A stretch of DNA of 63,113 bases, counting the filler, from Stramenopiles sp. TOSAG23-3 (lineage: Eukaryota): the NCBI GenBank assembly GCA_900128585.1. It is 5 parts of 5 records of this genome, joined end to end, with 100 filler letters (N's around TTAATTAATTAA, not from the genome) between each part and the next. Parts side by side here need not be neighbours in the genome. Positions count along the whole stretch, not along the records: positions 45,990 to 61,164 come from LT642532.1; positions 61,265 to 63,113 come from LT645318.1; 3 more parts are not named here. One strand, 5' to 3'. The notes below the pieces were generated by a model. It saw nothing but the letters and a program-made list of their open reading frames with translations, had not been told where the DNA came from and did no database searches. Positions 55,696-63,113 of this stretch are shown here, piece after piece (positions within the stretch are counted from its first letter, which is position 1; the number at the start of each line of letters is the position of its first letter). The position numbers and the translations under genes were made by a program.

Positions 55696-58302
55696 TCACT
55701 TCTCTTTCTTGACTTCCGTGGCCTCCGGCACCTCCTCGCCGCCACCGTCCTCCACCTTCAGGATGCTCATCTTCGAGGTAAACTGGTCTAAGTTCTCTCC
55801 ACCCTCGTACACCCCACCATCGACCAAAAGCTTGGTAAAGGTCTCAACCAACTCCTTTTCTCGAAAGCTGGTCTTTTTCGAATCAATCTGAAAGTAAACA
55901 GACAACATAAACTGGTACGTTTCGTCGAAAAATATTTCGATAGTTGGTGAAGCGCCTCCCCAAAGGGCAGTGTCCTCCTCCGTCCACGTCATCTTCTTCA
56001 AGCACGAACTTTCTTCAAGAATAGAATCGAAAATGTCGACTTTCCGTGTGGCCATCAGTTCCTTCAATTTTTCGACGTTTATTTTGCGATCAACTCGAAC
56101 CCGAAGCGTCAACGCTCCCAAGGCTTGCGCTGCGAGACTGGACATGAGCTTCATCAGCCCCACACTTATCAAACCCAGCCAGCACATGTTCAAAATCCAA
56201 AACAGAAACGGAACCGATATCACGGGCTTGACCAGGCCTTCCACCACCCAGTCAGGCACAACAATGTTCAGCGTGCCCCCGGAGAGTCTGTCGATGATGT
56301 CGAACGCAAAGGAACCTGCTAAAATGATCTGCATGACTTCTAATGACGCGCTGGACCGCTCGTTCGCAGCACTTGCGTCGACCAAATATTTCGTGTTTGA
56401 CTGGACGTTCTTGAACACATCCTCCAACTGTTTGGTGTTGATTACGTCGCTCATTCGCTGCAACGTCATGAGGGTGTTCTTTGCGCCGTGGATGAGCTTG
56501 ACAAGGTCACTGCAGCGCATCATGATATCCTTCTTCATTTGCGGCACGTCCAGCACTTTGTACAGCCGTTTACCGACCTGGTTCTTTATCATTGGGGGGA
56601 CCTTCAGTTCCTCCAGGGACTCTTTCAAATATTCTAAAACTTCCTGCAACAAGATAATGTCACGCGATGCGTCATTCAGGCGATCGCGAATCTTTTGGAT
56701 ATTGTTCGGATCCTTCTGATACGTCATGATAAGGGTGCGGATGATCTTCAGGCTATCGTCCAAAACGAAGGTCCGGACGAAGAAACTGCCGATGAAGAGC
56801 TCTCTCGTCAGGAGCGACACGAACGCGCATATCATGCTCGTGTTCTCTTTCACCTTCGGCCCCCCGAACAAAATGCCGGTTCGGCCCATTATTACTATAT
56901 CGTCGTTGCTCAAGTCGTGTGCTGCGTGAATGTCGCCTAGGACTTGCTTCAGTTCATTCTCGTGGTCCGACTTGTCGATGTAGTCGTCCGCAGGCATTTT
57001 CCCGTTCGCCGGGAGGATGTCCTTCGCGATGATGCAGTTGAACTTTGCGCGCATCATCGTGTCCCCCATGTAAATCATGTCCAGCAGCGAGCGCTGGTAC
57101 TGGGACAGCAAATCGTTCATGATTTGCGAACTATCCTGGTGAATGTCGACCAACAGGCGGGCCAAATGATCGACGCTAATGTCGTCCGCCTTGCGATCCA
57201 CCACGGCGTCGATGAACACGCCATAGATGATGGTCCCGTCCACATTCAAATGCATACCAAAGTTTTCTACCTGGACAATTCCCTCCTCCTCTGGAAAATT
57301 AATTTCTGCTTCAAAATTAATGAAATGGACGAAATCGTAGTCCAAAATCACCACCTGGGTCAAGCCTGGCGGCACGCTAAACTTGGTCGCGGTCGGATCC
57401 TTGTCGACTTGCGCCGTGAAGAGGCCGCCCTGGCACCTATCGAGCGCGCCCAAGCGCTCGTTCAGCGCTACTATCTGGTTGGAACCGAACGGGATCCACT
57501 CCCCTACTAACGAATGGACCCCGTTCAGGACCACGGCTTCCGAGAGCTCGTCCTGGATGTTACTGCCACCAGCCGCGGCTTCGTCGGCCCGGTGCGCATT
57601 GGAGCTCATCGGCTTCTCGTTCGCACGCAAACACGGCGGCAAGTACGGGCTACTTACGTAGGAAACGTCCTCTGCCTCGCAAATGCCACTTTCCCGTCGC
57701 ACGTACGAATTGCTCAGGAAGAACGTGTCCCCATCAAAACTAGCGACTAACAGCTCCCTTTCTTTCCCCGGAGGGGGGGGCGGGTCCGAGTCTTTAGGGT
57801 AGCAGAACGCCTCGACCTCCTGCTTCCACTCTTCCGTCACGCAGTCCTTGATGAACGCCAACCCTTTGAACGAAATCTGGTACGCGGTCACCGGCTGAAA
57901 GTCCTCCGTCGTCAGCTTGAGCCCGTTCAGCATGTGCTTCTCCCTCAAATCGTCGATCGCCGACTTTCCCTCCTGGGATATGTTCAGCCAGCGCCGCCGG
58001 CTGCGCCCTTCGTAGGAGACGAGCATGCTGCTCGGCGCGTAGTCAAAATCGATCGCCCCACCAATAACCCCTTCGTAGACTATGCAAAGCATTGGCAGCT
58101 CGCGCACCCAGCCCTCCTTCTCGTGGGGGTTCGCCGCACACTTGGCGTACAACGAAACCATGTAAGCTAATTTTGCATGGTCCGCCGTCCACTCTTCTTC
58201 TTCCTGGGGCTCGTGCGGGATATGAAACTCCTCCGGGGGCATCCATAGGATGGGTTCTTCCGATTCCGAACCCGAACCTGAGCCAGAGCCGTCGTCCGAC
58301 AT
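55696..58302 (-). CDS. Conserved-looking 868-aa protein: wHTH-like N-terminus, long helical stalk and two C-terminal TMs (CorA/DUF155-like topology)
   Basis: GC-rich codons. Motifs YEG...DFDYAP and WLNISQEGKSAIDDLRE. Coiled stalk followed by ILAGSFAFDIIDR and PFLFWILNMCWLG hydrophobic segments. Confidence 0.7.
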   Translation of the reverse strand: MSDDGSGSGSGSESEEPILWMPPEEFHIPHEPQEEEEWTADHAKLAYMVSLYAKCAANPHEKEGWVRELPMLCIVYEGVIGGAIDFDYAPSSMLVSYEGRSRRRWLNISQEGKSAIDDLREKHMLNGLKLTTEDFQPVTAYQISFKGLAFIKDCVTEEWKQEVEAFCYPKDSDPPPPPGKERELLVASFDGDTFFLSNSYVRRESGICEAEDVSYVSSPYLPPCLRANEKPMSSNAHRADEAAAGGSNIQDELSEAVVLNGVHSLVGEWIPFGSNQIVALNERLGALDRCQGGLFTAQVDKDPTATKFSVPPGLTQVVILDYDFVHFINFEAEINFPEEEGIVQVENFGMHLNVDGTIIYGVFIDAVVDRKADDISVDHLARLLVDIHQDSSQIMNDLLSQYQRSLLDMIYMGDTMMRAKFNCIIAKDILPANGKMPADDYIDKSDHENELKQVLGDIHAAHDLSNDDIVIMGRTGILFGGPKVKENTSMICAFVSLLTRELFIGSFFVRTFVLDDSLKIIRTLIMTYQKDPNNIQKIRDRLNDASRDIILLQEVLEYLKESLEELKVPPMIKNQVGKRLYKVLDVPQMKKDIMMRCSDLVKLIHGAKNTLMTLQRMSDVINTKQLEDVFKNVQSNTKYLVDASAANERSSASLEVMQIILAGSFAFDIIDRLSGGTLNIVVPDWVVEGLVKPVISVPFLFWILNMCWLGLISVGLMKLMSSLAAQALGALTLRVRVDRKINVEKLKELMATRKVDIFDSILEESSCLKKMTWTEEDTALWGGASPTIEIFFDETYQFMLSVYFQIDSKKTSFREKELVETFTKLLVDGGVYEGGENLDQFTSKMSILKVEDGGGEEVPEATEVKKEK

Positions 58303-59364
58303 GTCTTCTGCGAAAAAAAGAAAAGAAAAAAGGGAAGGGTGTCACAAGACCTAAATATACAAACAACAACAACAACAACAACAAATTCTCCTTCTTCTGT
58401 TTCGTTCGGGCAATAATAGTAACAAGTAAGTATTTTGCTCACGTCTTACAGTTTCTTTAATAACGTGAGTATATGAGGAAAAAATTGAACAAACTCATCT
58501 TCTTCTACGCTTTATTCATTCATCAACCAAGAGTTATATATATAGTACGTACTTTAGGAAAGGAACGAACAGTTAGAAAAAAGAAAAAGAAAAATAGTTC
58601 CAAAGGAGTCTCTCCTCTCTCTCATCAACAATTGTTTTTTAATATAAAAAAAAAAAATTCACTTCTTTTTTTTTTAAGGTTTAAAAATGGTACTTTACAA
58701 TTACTGTACAAACTATTGCATTTGGAAATAATTATAAAGGAAATGTACTATTCTATAGGATATCTTAAAAGTTCATCGTTATTCCGTACCAATTTATAAT
58801 AATTAATTAAGCATATTACATTAATAATATTGTATACTTAAAACATTGTATACAAGAAAGAATTCCCTATGATCGATTGAAGGAATTGTTATTATATGGA
58901 CACAGTATTAGGTGGTGGTGATAATGATCAATCAAACTGTTGGAAAAATCTAGCCGTTCTGATTTTGTTGATCTTCATTCTTTCTTGCTATTCCTATACT
59001 ACAAGCCAAAGTTCATGTAGTCTCTATATAATAGTCTACGAGTAGTTATATTTTATAAAATTAAAGCAAAGCTAAATATAATACGAAATCATTATTCTTA
59101 TTCTTATTAAAATATCTCCTCTCTTCTACAAACCACAACACAAAACACAACTAAAAAAAGAAAGAAAGAAATAAAATAAAATGATCACACCACCACCACC
59201 ACAACGGAAAATAAAAAAATTAAAAGAACCTATCTATATAACCCTACAGTATAACTATAATAGTAATTGTGTAGATGTAATTCGAATTTTTATTTTTTTT
59301 AAATTACAGTATTATACAATGTAATACAGTAAAACATTTAATATTTAATAGAAAATATCTGCTT

Positions 59365-59795
59365 TTGCTTTTCTTCCTTTTTCTTCTTCTTCTTCTTCTT
59401 CTTCTTTTTCTTTTTCTTTTTTTTCTTTTTCTTTTTCTTTTTCTTTTTCTTCTTTTTCTTTTTCTTTTTCTTTTTCTTCTTCTTTCTTCTTTCTTCTTCT
59501 TCTTCTTTCTTCTTCTTCTTTCTTCTTCTTCTTCTTCTTCTTCTTCGCTTTTTTTTCATATTCTCATTCTACTTCTTCTTCTATTTAGTCTATTTTGGCT
59601 TATCAGTCGTCCGTCCATCCTTCTCCTTGCTGTGAAGTATTATAGCGTTGTGATATTGTCATGATCGTGTACTCGTACTGCTGCTTCTTTTTCTCTTCTT
59701 TCTTCTTCTTTTTTCTTTTTCTTCTTCTTCTTTTCATTCTTCCTTCTTCTTCTTTTTTTTCTCTCTTTCTTCTTCTTCTTCTTCTATCTTTCTTC
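59365..59795. repeat. (TTC)/(TTTTTC) low-complexity tracts
   Basis: Direct inspection. Confidence 0.9.
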
Positions 59796-59958
59796 GTCGT
59801 TTAAAAATTAATAATACGCAGTGTGCATGAGGAAGTACATGTTCATAAAAAGCAGTTTCAAAAGCCTTCAATTGATTTTCGATAGAAACAGCAATATTTG
59901 TAGTACACGGCAGCAGATAGATCAATCATTCCCCCCTTTGCCAGACTTTTTCAAGTCC

Positions 59959-60741
59959 ATGTCTCGAACTTTAGTACATTACGTCATCCCAGAGGACGGC
60001 GACGACTTTGAGCACCCAAACGTGTTTGCAGTCCAAATAGGCTTGAAGCGGTTGGCAATAAAGGACGTTGTAGATAAGTTTCCATTGCCGGGGGAGTACC
60101 ATTTTCGCTTTAAATCTACTTTTAAGAAAACGTTCGTTTGGGAAGATGCAGTAGATTTCTCGGCACCTGTGCCAACGTACCAAGGCCAAGTGTCGCTCAA
60201 AGTGTCGCGGTTGAGGCCCGCCAAGGCTTCGAGTAATAGTAATGAGAGCTTCGGTGTAGAAGTCGCGTCCTCCCCGCCGTCGGGTTTTTCGGAGGTTACC
60301 GAAAAGGTTAAAGCTTCCCCGAAACGGAGAAAAAATTCCGACGAAGATCTTTTGAATATGCTAGGAAATGACAACGATACATTGATAGAAGAGCCCACCT
60401 TTGAGGCAGACTTCCAGTCTGCACCTGCCGTCGGACGAGGGGCCAGCACGAGTTCGTACGAAGATAGCGACCTGATGGGAGTTGATTTTGGGTCTTCCCC
60501 CGTCAATGCCCCCCCTCCTCCAATGATGAACAATGTCATGGGGAGAATGGGCGCAATGAATGGATCAATAGGCCAGCAGGCACAGTACAAACAATCGGCA
60601 CCTCCTCCAATGAATACGACTATGAAACACTCCCGGACGAGTAGTTTAGCGAGCGATCCAGGGAGCGTGACCAGTAAGAAAAGCAATTCTCCGAGATCTT
60701 CAGCGATTGCCGATATGATGCAGGGTGGTTTCAAGCTATGA
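59959..60741 (+). CDS. DIX-domain protein
   Basis: VHYVIPEDGDDFEHPNVF...FPLPGEYHFRFK...VWED (protist DIX), then a disordered tail. Confidence 0.85.
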   Translation: MSRTLVHYVIPEDGDDFEHPNVFAVQIGLKRLAIKDVVDKFPLPGEYHFRFKSTFKKTFVWEDAVDFSAPVPTYQGQVSLKVSRLRPAKASSNSNESFGVEVASSPPSGFSEVTEKVKASPKRRKNSDEDLLNMLGNDNDTLIEEPTFEADFQSAPAVGRGASTSSYEDSDLMGVDFGSSPVNAPPPPMMNNVMGRMGAMNGSIGQQAQYKQSAPPPMNTTMKHSRTSSLASDPGSVTSKKSNSPRSSAIADMMQGGFKL

Positions 60742-61164
60742 ACTCGTTCCACAAGACCACGCTAAAGGCAGTGTAGCAGTTTAGCAGCACTCGGTTTAAT
60801 TTATGTAGAAAGTATGTTAAATTTTTATTTGAACGCGCGGACCAGCGGCGCCGAGGTTGGCAGTGGACACATAGCACTCTACGAATAGATGCAATATTCT
60901 TTAAGACTGAGATTCATTTAACGTGCACATAGTCTAACATAATTAATTTTAATGGTGTGTAATATTATCTCTTCCTATCAAAATGTTAATAACTAAGCAA
61001 TTTGTCATAACCCTATTCTTAATACTACTCTGCACAATCAGTCAGTCAAGTAATTTTGGCAGAATTTTCTATATTTATTGCTAGCATATACACACCATTG
61101 AAAATAATATTATTTTTGTTGGGAGGATGAAGTTGTTGCGATTGAATAGATTGATATACATTGA

Positions 61165-61264
61165 NNNNNNNNNNNNNNNNNNNNNNNNNNNNNNNNNNNN
61201 NNNNNNNNTTAATTAATTAANNNNNNNNNNNNNNNNNNNNNNNNNNNNNNNNNNNNNNNNNNNN
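61165..61264. other. Artificial contig spacer
   Basis: N44-TTAATTAATTAA-N44. Confidence 0.98.
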
Positions 61265-62068
61265 TTTGGTAAACTTCTTCTCGTTTAGAAGCTCTTTTCT
61301 GTGCATGTCATGGTAAAACCTTCTGAGTTTACAAAAATGTACTCCTACAATATATAAATTATTATTCCTCCTCCTCTTTTTTTTATATATTATTGATGAT
61401 CTATTCTCCTTTGCTATTTATATATATACTATACTTTATGACAATAATAAATATGTGGAGGGGAAACATTCTTAACAAAGATCTTTCGTCGTTTACATAG
61501 GGAAAAGCGAATTGGCTGTGAAATAATTTATCTTTTTTTGATATATGCAGTATCATCACTATATAAGCTGTTCGTTAAAAAAACACACCCAAAAAAGACA
61601 CCCTTATACTTGTAAGTGCATTTACTATACCTAACTTGTACTCCTCAAGTGCCTCAATTATCCAAAATTTCATTTTCTCTTACATCCGAAATTTTCATTT
61701 TTGGATCTAGTATCCAGTGTTCCAATTAGTATTTGGGTACTTCTCTCCCATTCACCCATTTAATTTCTGCTAAAGTGCCATTAGATTATCATTAAATATC
61801 CTGCCCCTTGGCCCTTGGTTCACAAAAAAATAATAATATATAAAATTATTAAATAAAAATGATAATAAAAAAGTATATAATATTAATATTATAAACAAAG
61901 TCTATCATATCAATCAACCAGCAGAGATTTTTTTACTTATTTTTAAACTATATATATTATTTTTCTGATATATGGCCTATTCGCTCCCACAAGCGCTGTG
62001 TAAAAGTAAAAAAAATACTCCGTTTTCTTAGATCTTCGTTTTTTGCCAAAGATAAAGGCTATTTAAGA

Positions 62069-63113
62069 ATGTGGAAGATATGCAACGGTCCATGCGGTGA
62101 GAAGAAGCCATTGAAGGACTATTATAACGGTGCGAATAATTGCAAGCGGTGCCATGATGAGCAAATGAAAATCGTTAAACAATGGAGAAAAAATGGTGGA
62201 GATCAGCCAAATTACCACGATGTGCTTACTGAGGTTAAAACGGTCAGCAAGAGAAGGATTGGTGTGAAGTATTTTCACTGTAAGAATAAAGGTTGTGCAT
62301 TTAAGATAGCTGAACAAACGTCCGATCGCAATAAGAATCTCCACATAAAATTTTGTAAATTCGGACCAAATAAGGAAAAACACCTAGAACTTAAATGCGA
62401 TATGCCTAGGTGTTTATTCTACGGAAAAAGTCCTAGGGGATTGGCCCAACATAAAAGGGTTTCGCATAAGATTGTTCGCACGTGTCATTTCAAAGGCTGT
62501 AAATATTCAAACGGAGATAAAACTTCCTTTAGAAAACACCTCTTAGATGTTCACAATGTTGACGCAAATGTTTGGATCAAGTGTGACGTTCCCGGGTGTA
62601 ACTTTAAAACCAAAGTTCAATATACTTTGAAGATGCACAAATCATGCATACACAATATGGACGTAGAGTGGAAGGTGTGTCCGTATGAAGGATGTAAATT
62701 CAAAAGTAAAACCCGGCGTACTCTACGAAATCATTTGGCACAAAATCACGACATTTTTGTTGGTTGGCATTTCTGCGATATTGGCGACTGTCAGTACTCA
62801 AGTGAATCTTCCGGTGATATGAAACGCCATAAAGCTAATATCCATGACATTGATGTACGGTGGTTGCATTGTGGAGTGGATGGGTGCGAACATAAATCAA
62901 AAGTAAGTTGGTCGATGAAAATTCATAAGGCCGCCATACACGGAATCGACGTTGTATATCACTACTGTGATCTCTGTGATTTCAAGTGCAGGCAATCAGG
63001 CAATTTGAATGCACATAAAATTCGTATACACGGGGCTGGAAAAAAAAAACACCGGCATGTCAAGAAGCCGAAGAATCAAATTGTGAACATTATCCCTAAT
63101 CGAAATCAGGCAA
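62069..63113 (+). CDS. Multi-C2H2 zinc-finger protein; runs off the window and is absent from the ORF track
   Basis: My translation: MWKICNGPCGEKKPLKDYY...CKRC, then about 7 fingers, e.g. CDVPGCNFKTKVQYTLKMHKSCIH, CDIGDCQYSSESSGDMKRHKANIH, CDLCDFKCRQSGNLNAHKIRIH. No stop to the window end. Confidence 0.9.
   Translation, partial: MWKICNGPCGEKKPLKDYYNGANNCKRCHDEQMKIVKQWRKNGGDQPNYHDVLTEVKTVSKRRIGVKYFHCKNKGCAFKIAEQTSDRNKNLHIKFCKFGPNKEKHLELKCDMPRCLFYGKSPRGLAQHKRVSHKIVRTCHFKGCKYSNGDKTSFRKHLLDVHNVDANVWIKCDVPGCNFKTKVQYTLKMHKSCIHNMDVEWKVCPYEGCKFKSKTRRTLRNHLAQNHDIFVGWHFCDIGDCQYSSESSGDMKRHKANIHDIDVRWLHCGVDGCEHKSKVSWSMKIHKAAIHGIDVVYHYCDLCDFKCRQSGNLNAHKIRIHGAGKKKHRHVKKPKNQIVNIIPNRNQA

Noticed and set aside
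59338-59664. Poly-Lys / poly-Phe-Leu ORFs (also 15070-15252, 24091-24421, 27605-27832, 40898-41095)
   Set aside because: Translations of microsatellites.

Overview
This is eukaryotic nuclear DNA from a gene-dense, apparently intron-free protist. It is probably a stramenopile flagellate, an inference from the beta-tubulin signatures IQGGQCG and [14 protein letters not shown] and from the gene content. The window is not one locus. It is five contigs (1-15277, 15378-30592, 30693-45889, 45990-61164, 61265-end) joined in decreasing length order by artificial 100-nt N44-TTAATTAATTAA-N44 spacers, so adjacency across a spacer means nothing. About 26 CDSs sit in mixed-GC blocks separated by very AT-rich, microsatellite-rich intergenic DNA. 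Recognisable products include a minimal ATP-dependent DNA ligase, phospholipase C, SHQ1, a Sec23/24-like protein, a VAT1-like reductase, RAD51, DUF229, Ubc7/UBE2G, PP1, beta-tubulin, a DIX protein and a C2H2 array. The strongest lead is a recombinase with a RAD51 backbone but DMC1-identical DNA-binding loops (L1 [10 protein letters not shown]2 TADPG), suggesting a hybrid mismatch-tolerant recombinase. Other leads are: a Pmp-like surface-protein gene broken at poly-G tracts; clean internal deletions in beta-tubulin, most likely an assembly artefact; a signal-peptide + PRKCSH + SET fusion; a dispersed 3'-flank repeat; a candidate structured RNA; and no TAG among 24 stop codons. All family calls come from motif recognition by eye; no searches were run.
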